DNA from: Acidobacteriota bacterium
GTDB taxonomy: Bacteria > Acidobacteriota > Terriglobia > Acidiferrales > 2-02-FULL-67-57
Direction: 5' to 3'
NCBI GenBank assembly: GCA_037442885.1
Contig: JBBIPK010000007.1
Location: 4,093-68,092, forward strand
DNA: 64,000 nt
Part shown: positions 21,663 to 30,691 of the stretch, one piece after another
Layout of the letters: the number at the start of each line of letters is the position of its first letter
Position numbering within the stretch: the first letter of the stretch is position 1
Translations under genes and position numbers: made by a program
Notes under the pieces: generated by a model
Told to the model about the DNA's origin: nothing
Database searches by the model: none
The model's input: only the letters and a program-made list of their open reading frames with translations

Positions 21663-22742
21663 CTATTTGCGGGCGGCGTGGCGGATGTAGAGGACGTCGC
21701 CGTCCGCGACCGCGTAGTCCTTCCCTTCCAGCCGGATCTTGCCCTCAGCGCGGGCGATGGCCAGGCCGCCGGTGGCGACCAGTTGATCCCAAGGGATGAC
21801 TTCCGCCTTGATGAAGCGCTCGGCGAAGTCGGTGTGAACCTGCGCGGCGGCCTCGAGCGCCGTTGTGCCCCGGTGCACCAGCCAGGCGCGGCATTCCGGC
21901 TCGCTGACGGCGAAAAAAGTCACCAGCTCCAGCGTCCGCAGCAGCTCCGGCAGCAGGCGCTCGTGGGGTAAATCCTGCAACGCATAGCTTGCGCGCAACT
22001 CCGCCGCCTCGGCTGCTTCCAACTCCGCCAGTTCCGCCTCAATCTTGCCACAGATCGGTGTTACGCCCACAGCCGGCTGTTCGCGCAGGGCTTCGAGCTT
22101 GCAGATGCGTGGCAGCTCAGCGAGCCGCGCGGCGTCCTCCTCGCCCGCGTTGAGCACATGCAGCAGCGGCTTGGCGGTGAAGAACATGAAGCCGCGCAGC
22201 AGGCGCCGCTCCTCCGCCGTCCAGACAACGGCGCGCAGCGGCGTTGCAGCGGCCAGTCGCTCACGGCACTTTACCAACGCGCCGTGTTCGTGCTCCGCCT
22301 CGGGGGCGCGTGCTTTTTTCATGTCGTGCTCGAGTTTTTCCAAGCGCTTGTTGGCCGTGTCGAGATCCACCCAGACGAGTTCGGTTTCGAGGGCAGCGAT
22401 GTCGCGCGCGGGGTTGACCTCCCCCGGGAGGTGTCCCACGTTCGGGTCGCGGAAGAGCCGGACGACGTGCGCCAGCGCGTCCACCTGTCGGAAGTGGGCG
22501 AGGGCGGCGGCATCTTTTTCCGGTTCGTTCGTCAGGGCGGGGCCGTCGAGAAACTCCAATTGGGCCGGGGTCACTTTTTTCGGCTGATAGATTTTCGCCA
22601 GCGCCTCCAAGCGCGGGTCGGGAATGCGGACGACACCCACGTGGGCTATGGCATCGTGCGGGGCGCGCGCGTGTCCACTGGTCAGAATTTTCAGCAGGGT
22701 GGTCTTGCCGACTTGCGGCAAGCCGATGATGCCGATGCGCAC
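21663..22742 (-). CDS. ychF: YchF/DUF933-like TRAFAC NTPase
   Basis: GLPQVGKTT P-loop; C-terminal TGS region AAQVHTDF..FIKAEV, EGKDYAVADGDV. Confidence 0.85.
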   Translation of the reverse strand: MRIGIIGLPQVGKTTLLKILTSGHARAPHDAIAHVGVVRIPDPRLEALAKIYQPKKVTPAQLEFLDGPALTNEPEKDAAALAHFRQVDALAHVVRLFRDPNVGHLPGEVNPARDIAALETELVWVDLDTANKRLEKLEHDMKKARAPEAEHEHGALVKCRERLAAATPLRAVVWTAEERRLLRGFMFFTAKPLLHVLNAGEEDAARLAELPRICKLEALREQPAVGVTPICGKIEAELAELEAAEAAELRASYALQDLPHERLLPELLRTLELVTFFAVSEPECRAWLVHRGTTALEAAAQVHTDFAERFIKAEVIPWDQLVATGGLAIARAEGKIRLEGKDYAVADGDVLYIRHAARK

Positions 22743-22954
22743 CCGGGACCTCCCGCCTACTATAGCAGAGAGCGGGCGAGCGTCAGTCGCCCGAGCAGAA
22801 CCTCGCGTCTGCGCGGCGAGATGCGGGCAGCGGAAAAGCAGTTTCCCTGCCCCGCGCTTTTCGCTAGAATCCTGTCCGAGCCGCCTTTGGGGTGGACGGG
22901 AGGGCGCGCGTGGGGAGTGCCTGCGTTGCGCCTTTTTTGTTGAGCCCAGGAGGG

Positions 22955-23030
22955 TGGTGGGCGCTGTAGGATTTGAACCTACGACCTCTCCCGTGTGAGG
23001 GGAGCGCTCTAACCGCTGAGCTAAGCGCCC
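22955..23030 (-). tRNA. tRNA-Val(CAC), CCA encoded
   Basis: GGGCGCTTAGCTCAGCGGTTAGAGCG-CTCCC-CTCACAC-GGGAG-AGGTCGTAGGTTCAAATCCTACAGCGCCCACCA folds as a cloverleaf. Confidence 0.96.
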
Positions 23031-23046
23031 GCGGGAACGATTCTAG

Positions 23047-24021
<975 letters not shown>

Positions 24022-24031
24022 GCGAGGTGAA

Positions 24032-24451
24032 ATGGGAACCGGGAAACGGGAACCGGACGAGACCACTCCTCCGCGCCGAATTCGCACCTTCGAAGACCTC
24101 GAAGCCTGGAAGGCGTGTGCTGCCGTCAGGCAACAAATGACACCGCTCGTGGAGGCATTGCCTCGCGAGGAACGTTACCTTCTGCGGACCCAGCTCCTGC
24201 GCGCGAGCCGTTCGGCCACGGCGAACATTGCCGAAGGCTACGGCCGCTACCACTATCAGGAAAATATTCAATTTTTGCGTCAGGCCCGCGGATCGCTCTA
24301 TGAACTGATTGATCACCTGTCTGTTGCAGCGGAAAACCGATACATCTCAAACGCAAGACAGAGTGAACTGCGGGAGCAGATTCTCCGAGCAAGCCAACTC
24401 ATCAACGGTTACATTCGCTATCTGCAGAGAACGCGGAAAGCTACGCAATGA
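24032..24451 (+). CDS. Four-helix-bundle protein (23S rRNA IVS-encoded protein / Avd-like family)
   Basis: FEDLEAWK, QLLRASRSATANIAEGYGR, FLRQARGSLYE. Confidence 0.9.
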   Translation: MGTGKREPDETTPPRRIRTFEDLEAWKACAAVRQQMTPLVEALPREERYLLRTQLLRASRSATANIAEGYGRYHYQENIQFLRQARGSLYELIDHLSVAAENRYISNARQSELREQILRASQLINGYIRYLQRTRKATQ

Positions 24452-25821
24452 CTCCCGATTCCCGATTCCCGTTTCACGTTTCCCGAATCTCGGGGTGGCG
24501 TACCATTGATTGGCCGGGCTGGAAGAGCTTCGGGATTGCGCTGCTGCTGCTGGCGGGAGCGCTGCTGCTGGCGCTGCACGGGGCGGCGGCGTTCGAGGCC
24601 GGGCAGCAGCGGCTGGGAGCCTTCTACGCGACGCTGGCGCTCATCGTGGCGGCCTTCGTAGCCGTCGCCATCGTCCCCACGCTCGCCCGCCGCACGCCCC
24701 TGCACTGGCTCTTCTTTCTGGAAGACTACAAGCTGACGCGGGAGGGAATGGTCTATCTGGCGGCGGTCTTCATCATCATCCTGGCCGCGCTCAACACGGG
24801 CAACAACTTGCTCTTCATTATTCTGGCGAGTCTGCTGGCGGGGATTCTGGTGTCCGGCATCGTGTCGCGGGTGGTGCTGACGGGCGTTCGCCTGGAGTTC
24901 CTGCTGCCCGACCACATCTTTGCCCAGCAGCCGGTGCAAGCGACCGTGCGGTTGCACAACGACAAGGCGACGCTGCCGTCTTTCTCGCTCTACGTCGCGG
25001 GTGACGGGCGGCCCGCCAAGAAGAGGAAAGGGGAACCGGGAAACGGGAACCGGACGAAACAAGGGCGCGTGTTGACGGAGACCGTCTACTTCCCCTACCT
25101 GCCGCGGGGGAAATCGGCGGCCCAGCAGGTGGAGCTTCTCTTCCCCCGCCGCGGGCGCTACACGCAGGAGAGTTTCCGCGTCTCAAGCAAGTTTCCCTTC
25201 GGCTTTCTGCTCAAGACGCGTACCGTTCCCACAACGACCGAACTCGTCGTCTATCCGCCGGTGCGCCCGACCGAGGAGTTTTACGAAATCCTGCCGCTCA
25301 TCAGCGGCGAGCTGGAAAGTTTCTACCGCGGCCGCGGCCACGACCTCTACGCCATCCGCGGCTACCAGCCCACCGACAGCGCCCGCTCGATTGATTGGAA
25401 AGCATCAGCCAAGACCCAGCAGCTCAAAGTGCGCGAGTTTACGCGCGAGGACGAGCGCCGCGTGGAGCTGGTGTTTGATCCCTGCCTGCCGCCGGAAAAG
25501 GAATTGCCAGCAGGCTGGGAAGAAGAGTTCGAAAACGGCGTCACGCTCTGCGCCTGCCTGGCCTGGCATTTCTACGAGATTGACGCGCAACTGAAGTTCT
25601 GCACGCCGGGCAGCGAGACGCCGATGGCGCCAGCCGGCGAGATCATCTACGACGTGCTCTATCAACTTGCGTTCATCGCGCCGCAGCGTGCCGACGACAC
25701 GGCGCTGCTCGAGCGACTCGCCGCCGAGGCCGACACGTTCAAGATTCTGCTCACGGCGCGGCCGCGCGGCTCCATCCCCACCAGCCTCTGGTCCTCCTCC
25801 TACATCCTCTTCATGCAATAG
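24448..25821 (+). CDS. DUF58 family membrane protein
   Basis: NTGNNLLF, PRRGRY, SSKFPFG, IRGYQPTD..RSIDWKASAK, VREF; follows MoxR. Confidence 0.9.
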   Translation: MTPDSRFPFHVSRISGWRTIDWPGWKSFGIALLLLAGALLLALHGAAAFEAGQQRLGAFYATLALIVAAFVAVAIVPTLARRTPLHWLFFLEDYKLTREGMVYLAAVFIIILAALNTGNNLLFIILASLLAGILVSGIVSRVVLTGVRLEFLLPDHIFAQQPVQATVRLHNDKATLPSFSLYVAGDGRPAKKRKGEPGNGNRTKQGRVLTETVYFPYLPRGKSAAQQVELLFPRRGRYTQESFRVSSKFPFGFLLKTRTVPTTTELVVYPPVRPTEEFYEILPLISGELESFYRGRGHDLYAIRGYQPTDSARSIDWKASAKTQQLKVREFTREDERRVELVFDPCLPPEKELPAGWEEEFENGVTLCACLAWHFYEIDAQLKFCTPGSETPMAPAGEIIYDVLYQLAFIAPQRADDTALLERLAAEADTFKILLTARPRGSIPTSLWSSSYILFMQ

Positions 25822-25859
25822 CTCTTGTAACTATTCCAAACGCCAATCTTCATGCGCTC

Positions 25860-25923
25860 GGGAGGGCACGGCTTCAGCCGTGCCGAAAAAGCCCTCGTAA
25901 GCAGCGGGCTTCAGCCCCTGAGG
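25860..25923. repeat. REP doublet between convergent genes
   Basis: GGGCACGGCTTCAGCCGTGCC-gaaaaag...-GGGCTTCAGCCCCTGAGG. Confidence 0.85.
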
Positions 25924-25962
25924 TTCCGACGGAATGAAGCTGAAGCGCTCGAGTCGGCGCGG

Positions 25963-26497
25963 TCAGTGGCGGAGCACATAGCCGATTCCGACGGTGGCGC
26001 GGAGAAAGGGTTCCCAGCCCACACGCACCTCGGGCGCCAGATACCAGCGCTCGCTTAAGAAAATCTTCGTGCCCAGGCCGACGCCAGCGCTGAACGAAGT
26101 CCCGGAGCCGAATGCCCCGCGGTGGTAGAGCAAGCCAACGCCACCGATGACGTAGGGCACGACGCGTTTCTCTCCCGAACGGAGGACAGCGGCGAAGGCG
26201 GGCACCACGACCCAATCCTTGTCGCCGGGCGAGTGGTACATATAAACGAGCTCGGGTTGGAGGCTGAAGCGCGGGGTCAGATAGAACCGGGGGGGCGCCG
26301 CCCACCGCCCAGTGATGCAAGTCAATGAAGGCTTCATCCACAAAGCCGGCGTAGCCTCCGACTGCCTGGAGTTCGATGCGCCCGGCCGCCGCCTCCGGTT
26401 GAACTGGCTCGCCCGACTCGGGCTCGCCGGCAGATGCCGGGAGGGCAAGAACGAGCCAGGCGGAAAGGAAGAAGAGACAACGCTTCAGGTCTTGCAT
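25963..26497 (-). pseudogene. Outer-membrane beta-barrel protein interrupted by a +1 frameshift in a C7 tract (26289-26295)
   Basis: Signal peptide and first strands in ORF 25874..26545 from MQDLK (RBS GAAGGAG). Remainder in ORF 25963..26448 (PYVIGGVG, GVGLGTKIFL, ...GIGYVL). Removing one C gives a 177-aa ORF. Confidence 0.75.
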
Positions 26498-26967
26498 GGC
26501 GCTCTCCTTCGAAGGGTATTCGTCAGGCCAGCGAGTCGCGGCCAAGACACCGGAGAGAACACAAAGAGTTCGCTGAGGAGGAAATTCAGCAGGCCGCAGG
26601 CGGCAATGGCCAACAGGTTCGCGGGCAGGTAGTGCAGGCCGAGAGTTCCCACCAGTAGGCGCATCAGACCGAGGTTGCCCAGAATCGAAATCGCGCCGGT
26701 GGTGAGATTGAAACCAAGCAGGCGGCCGAGGATGCCGGGGCGGTGGCGGGTGCGGTCGCGCCAGGTCCAGTATTCGTGCCAGAGGAAGTTGTGCAGGACA
26801 GCGGTCTCGACCGCGAGGCCGGTAGCCAGGAGGTAGTGCAGGCCGACGGCGCCAGCGAGCAGGCTCAGGGCAGCCAGTTGCACGCCGATACCCAGAATCC
26901 CGACCGCGTCGAATTTCAGCCAGCGCCCGAGCAGGGCGAGCCAGAAGCTCTTGCGTTCGGCGGTCAC
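26485..26967 (-). CDS. GtrA family membrane protein
   Basis: KFDAVGILGIGVQ, HNFLWHEYWTW, NFLLSELFVF; GTG overlaps the upstream stop. Confidence 0.88.
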   Translation of the reverse strand: MTAERKSFWLALLGRWLKFDAVGILGIGVQLAALSLLAGAVGLHYLLATGLAVETAVLHNFLWHEYWTWRDRTRHRPGILGRLLGFNLTTGAISILGNLGLMRLLVGTLGLHYLPANLLAIAACGLLNFLLSELFVFSPVSWPRLAGLTNTLRRRAPCKT

Positions 26968-27671
26968 GGCAGGCGCTCCGCGCGATAGAGAGCGAGGGTG
27001 TTGCGGACGGCAGCGGCCAGAAACATCACGAACAGCCCGGCGGTGGCGACCACACCGCCGACATCGAACAGGAGGTAGCGCGCGCCGAACAGCGGCACGG
27101 TCGGCTGGAAGAAGAGCGCGAGATTGCCGAGCGCAATCAGGATGCGGAGCTCGGTCGGCCCCAGGCCCAAGTGGGTGAGGCGGAAGGTGGCGAGCGTGTA
27201 GGTGGCGAGATAGACTTCGATGCAGAGCAGGAAGTAGGCGAGCAGCAGCGCGACCGCAACCCAGGCGCTGAGATAGCCCGAGAGAACGAGTCCGCCGACG
27301 AGGAAGAGAGCGCCGAAGGCATCCACGATGTGGTCGACGTAGAAGCCGTAGCGCGGCCGCTGCTGGTTGCGCACGCGCGCGAGCGTGCCGTCCAGGCTGT
27401 CGCCGAACCAGTTGACCGCAAGCCAAAAGATGACAAGGAACAGCGCGTAGCGGTTCGAGCGCGCCCACCAGTAGCTGAGCCCGGCCGCGAGCATCGCCGC
27501 CAGCCCGAGCAGGGTCAGGTGGTCGGAGTTGACCCAGCGCGGCATCCGCTGCGCGAACCACAGCAGGCAACGTTTTTCCGGTGCGGCGAGAAGGCTGCGC
27601 TGCTCGCGCGTTGCCAGGCGAAACTCCTGGCTCGCTTCCGTTTGAGATAGGCTGACAGTTTCAGTGCCCAT
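26964..27671 (-). CDS. CDP-alcohol phosphatidyltransferase
   Basis: DSLDGTLAR...G...DHIVD signature; RBS GTAGGAG. Confidence 0.92.
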   Translation of the reverse strand: MGTETVSLSQTEASQEFRLATREQRSLLAAPEKRCLLWFAQRMPRWVNSDHLTLLGLAAMLAAGLSYWWARSNRYALFLVIFWLAVNWFGDSLDGTLARVRNQQRPRYGFYVDHIVDAFGALFLVGGLVLSGYLSAWVAVALLLAYFLLCIEVYLATYTLATFRLTHLGLGPTELRILIALGNLALFFQPTVPLFGARYLLFDVGGVVATAGLFVMFLAAAVRNTLALYRAERLP

Positions 27672-28335
27672 CGGGCTTTCTCCTACCGGATTCCCAAGTG
27701 ATTTCGTTGACCGCCTCCCGGGCACAGAAAGGCCGGTAGGCGGTGCGGAGCGGCGGAGGAAGGGACGCGGTCGAGGGGAAGGCAGATGCCGGCGGTGGAT
27801 TGGGCTGCGCAGGACTCAGCGACGGCGGGGCGCGGTAAATCAGTGTCCGCTTACGAACACCAACTCCGATGGCAGCGCCGATGCCAGCCCCGATGCCGGC
27901 AAACATCAAACCACCCCCGATGGCCCCGGCGGCGCCTTCGCCGGACTCGCCCGAGCTTGCCCCCGCGATACCATAGGTGAGTGCGCCGATGAGTCCAAGA
28001 CTCAGGGCACCGACGGCAGCGCCCTTGGCAATCTTTCTGCCCCCGAGGAGCCAAACACGCTCGACACGATCTCGCGGGATGCCACGGATGCGTTTGCGTT
28101 GTCGGATGCTGATGGCATCGTCGGCCATCCCCACAAAGCACCCTCGATGCAACTTGCCGTCAATGTCTTCGACAATGACCAACGTTCCACCCGGCAGGCG
28201 CGCGAGGTTTCCCCAATTGGATTCCTGCGCTGGGGCCTGGGCCGGCTCGGCGGCTTCGACCGCCACGACGATGAGGAACATCGCCAGCAGGACACCGGTG
28301 GCGAGACCAACTCCAAACCAAAGAGCTTTGCGCAT
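27661..28335 (-). CDS. Secreted/membrane protein with glycine-zipper helices
   Basis: Strong RBS GAGGAGG; N-terminal hydrophobic leader; GAAVGALSLG and GIGAGIGAAIG. Confidence 0.8.
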   Translation of the reverse strand: MRKALWFGVGLATGVLLAMFLIVVAVEAAEPAQAPAQESNWGNLARLPGGTLVIVEDIDGKLHRGCFVGMADDAISIRQRKRIRGIPRDRVERVWLLGGRKIAKGAAVGALSLGLIGALTYGIAGASSGESGEGAAGAIGGGLMFAGIGAGIGAAIGVGVRKRTLIYRAPPSLSPAQPNPPPASAFPSTASLPPPLRTAYRPFCAREAVNEITWESGRRKPDGH

Positions 28336-28345
28336 GGCTACCTCC

Positions 28346-28507
28346 TCATCTACCTGCTCCGACCGGCAACGGGCCGAGGCTGGCCCAGTGGGTTTCGCCG
28401 GCCTGGGGGTTGAACGGCTCATCCGTCCGCGCCGGCACGGCCAGCATCAGCAGTGCCAGCACGAGCAGGGCGGCCAGTACCAGTAAGGGAAACAGCAGCG
28501 TTCGCAT
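28346..28507 (-). CDS. 53-aa small protein with signal peptide, possibly a truncated paralog of 27661..28335
   Basis: Manual translation MRTLLFPLLVLAALLVLALLMLAVPARTDEPFNPQAGETHWASLGPLPVGAGR; RBS GGAGG at 28512-28516. Confidence 0.6.
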   Translation of the reverse strand: MRTLLFPLLVLAALLVLALLMLAVPARTDEPFNPQAGETHWASLGPLPVGAGR

Positions 28508-28652
28508 TCCGCCTCCTATCCCGCCGCCTGCTTTGGCGCGCAGGCCAGCGGCTGTGGTAGAGTTTGCTGAGCGGCAGCCTAGTCGGGCCTTCGGTGGGAG
28601 TAACGAGGGGCAGGCGAAGAGTCTCCGAGATTTCGCCGAGGAAGGGACGAAG

Positions 28653-29417
28653 GTGGCCGGAGCCAGCCTTTACCGCTTCGGGGAGTTCGAGTTAGACGCA
28701 GCGGCCGGGCGCCTGCGGCAGGGCGAGCGCGAGGTCGAGCTGCCGCCCAAAGCCTTCCAGGTTCTTCGCTACCTCATCGAGCACCACGAGCGGGCCGTGT
28801 CGAAGCAGGAGTTGATGGAAAATCTCTGGAAGGACACCTTCGTCACCGACGACGCGCTGGTGCAGGTCATCACCGCGCTGCGGCGGGCGCTGGGCGACGA
28901 CCCCGAGCAGCCGCGCTACATCCGCACGCGGCCGCGCGTGGGCTATCAGTTTGTTGGCTCGCTTGAGTCCGCGATCGCGCCGCTGCCGGCCACGGTCGTC
29001 CCCATGCGGCGGCGCACGGCGCGGCTGTTTTTCCTGCTGATTCAGGGCGGCTACCTGACGCTCTACGTCGTCACGCTCTACCATGTGCGCGAGGCGGCGG
29101 TCATCCTGGCCGAGGTGCTGCCGGCGCTGCCCGCGATTGGAATCATCTGCCTGGTGGCCATCGTCGCCCTCGCGCTCTGCGGCATTGCCGCGCGGCTCTA
29201 CTTGCTGCCGGCGGTAGGCTTCGACCATCCGCGAATCGGCCAGCAGTTCGAACGGCTGTTCCCCTGGCTGTTCGCGCTGGACGTAATCTGGGCGTTGTCG
29301 CCGCTGCTGCTGGTAGAGAAAACCGGCGTGCTGCTTTCGCTGGCACTGATTCCCGTCCTTGTCTACAGCCCCTTCACTCAGCGCACCCTGATGCGCACCG
29401 CCTACGCCCCCCGCTAG
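28653..29417 (+). CDS. ToxR/CadC-like winged-helix regulator with multi-TM C-terminus
   Basis: YRFGEFELD, LPPKAFQVLRYL, LRRALGDD...YIRTRPRVGYQF, then about 4 hydrophobic helices. Confidence 0.88.
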   Translation: MAGASLYRFGEFELDAAAGRLRQGEREVELPPKAFQVLRYLIEHHERAVSKQELMENLWKDTFVTDDALVQVITALRRALGDDPEQPRYIRTRPRVGYQFVGSLESAIAPLPATVVPMRRRTARLFFLLIQGGYLTLYVVTLYHVREAAVILAEVLPALPAIGIICLVAIVALALCGIAARLYLLPAVGFDHPRIGQQFERLFPWLFALDVIWALSPLLLVEKTGVLLSLALIPVLVYSPFTQRTLMRTAYAPR

Positions 29418-29432
29418 GGCGCTGACCGATGA

Positions 29433-29700
29433 CCCGTGACTGGTGACTCGCAACTGAGAACTGACAACTGAACACTCATGGGCGCATCACGGCGGTGGAA
29501 GCCGTACTCATCGCGGCGGATCGCGTCGCATCGAGCCCTCCCCCGTCGAACCGCGTCGCCTTCCGGGGCACAAAGCACGAGGCACATCTCCTAGACTCCT
29601 GTCACCAGCCACCAGTCACCAAGCACCAGCCACCGCCCTTGCTTCCTTGCTTCCTTGCTTCCAGCCACCAGCCACCAGTCACCCACCACCGGCCACACCC
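29433..29700. repeat. Heptamer and octamer short tandem repeat arrays, partly inverted
   Basis: TGGTGAC/TGACAAC-type (29433-29475), CAGCCAC/CAGTCAC (29599-29634, 29662-29695), CCTTGCTT x3 (29637-29660). Confidence 0.8.
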
Positions 29701-29776
29701 TGCCTTCTTGCCTCTTCACCCCGAGCCCGGGGGCCTCCGGCAGACGGGCGAGGGGCTGCCGCCGTGCCACAAGTCA

Positions 29777-29901
29777 CTAGAGCCTGTTGCAAGACCTGTT
29801 CTTGGCGGGTCAGGGCTTTAGCCCTGACATGAAAAGACCCGAAAAATTAGGGGCTTTAGCCCCTGAGGACTTCCTCCTTGGAGTTATGCAACCGCTTCTA
29901 G
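29777..29901. mobile_element. MITE-like element A1 (125 bp, CTAG at both ends)
   Basis: Near-identical to 30418-30541; imperfect terminal inverted repeats around GTTGCA; two internal REP hairpins. Confidence 0.75.
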
Positions 29902-29992
29902 GTAGAAGGTACAAGGCATAAGGCACACCCTCCTGCCACACGCCACACCTCTCGCATTCGCCCCCAAGTACCACGCTTCTGTTGAGGTGTCC

Positions 29993-30059
29993 ACGGACGG
30001 TACGGACGATACGGATGATACGGACGGTACGGTTCGTACGGACGATACGGACGATACGG
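29993..30059. repeat. 9-bp tandem repeat, ACGGACGAT-type, about 7.4 units
   Basis: acggacggt acggacgat acggatgat acggacggt acggttcgt acggacgat acggacgat acgg. Confidence 0.9.
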
Positions 30060-30088
30060 TTTTTGCGGTTTCCCCCCTATCACCTTTA

Positions 30089-30173
30089 CCCTGAGGCCGA
30101 TAGGCCGAAGGGTTTATCCTGCTTGCCCTGAGTCCCGAAAGCATTCGGGACGAAGGGAGCGAAGCCGAAGGAT
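30089..30173. repeat. CCCTGAG...CGAAGGG hairpin repeats, one nested in an ATCCTG/AGCGAAGCCGAAGGAT repeat
   Basis: Copies at 30089-30112 and 30126-30157; a related inverted copy near 31049-31066. Confidence 0.7.
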
Positions 30174-30206
30174 TTCCCCGCGCCTGGTGCCGGGGGCTTT
30201 ACCTCA

Positions 30207-30421
30207 CTAGAAGCTTATGTCAAAACCGCCACTCCATGTGCGCTCGGGAGGGCACGGCTTTAGCCGTGCCGAAAAAGCCGCCAAAAACACCGGGCTTTTC
30301 GGAGCGAGTCCCGAAAGCGTCCGGGACGAGCGCAGATCCCGCACGTTTCTTGCGGGAAGCCCCTGCGGGAACCCGACGGCATTCTCGATGGTCATTGATG
30401 GAGTCTTGAAATAGGTTCTAG
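30207..30421. mobile_element. MITE-like element B (215 bp, CTAG at both ends)
   Basis: Ends CTAGAAGCTTATGTCAAAAC and (reverse complement) CTAGAACCTATTTCAAGAC; carries the GGGCACGG REP doublet. Confidence 0.7.
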
Positions 30422-30541
30422 AGGCTGTTGCAAAACCTGTACTTGGCGGGTCAGGGCTTTAGCCCTGACATGAAAGGCCCGAAAAATTAGGGGCTTTAGC
30501 CCCTGAGGACTTCCCCCTTGGAGTGATGCAACCGCTTCTAG
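30418..30541. mobile_element. MITE-like element A2 (124 bp), shares a CTAG with element B
   Basis: Direct repeat of 29777-29901 with a few substitutions and a 1-nt indel. Confidence 0.75.
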
Positions 30542-30691
30542 TCACCCCGGTAGCCGCGACCCGTTTACGGTGAAGCCATTCAGGCTGAACCCGTTCACGG
30601 TGAACCCGTTCAGGGTGAACCCGTTTACGGTGAAGCCGTTCAGGCTGAATCCCCACGCGTCGCCGGTCGCTGCCCCCGCGGTGCCTGTCAT
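30542..30691 (-). CDS. 49-aa micro-protein with six FxxNG pentapeptide repeats
   Basis: MTGTAGAATGDAWG-FSLNG-FTVNG-FTLNG-FTVNG-FSLNG-FTVNG-SRLPG; differences between units are synonymous or S/T, L/V. Confidence 0.65.
   Translation of the reverse strand: MTGTAGAATGDAWGFSLNGFTVNGFTLNGFTVNGFSLNGFTVNGSRLPG

Noticed and set aside
21663-22742. Degenerate G3 motif (DGPA for DxxG) in YchF
   Set aside because: Noted, but I recall similar divergence in related lineages and cannot show an effect without alignment.
22955-23030. tRNA-anchored island or prophage
   Set aside because: No integrase, no duplicated tRNA 3' end; flanking genes are housekeeping.
24032-24451. Diversity-generating retroelement (Avd-like gene)
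   Set aside because: No reverse transcriptase and no template/variable repeat pair differing at adenines in the window.
30089-30157. Hammerhead-ribozyme-like CTGAGGCCGATAGGCCGAA
   Set aside because: Lacks the full CUGAUGA and GAAA core and I cannot build stems I and III with an NUH site; better explained as a CCCTGAG...CGAAGGG REP hairpin.
29993-30655. CRISPR array
   Set aside because: The repeats are 9-bp and 15-bp head-to-tail units without spacers; no cas genes.
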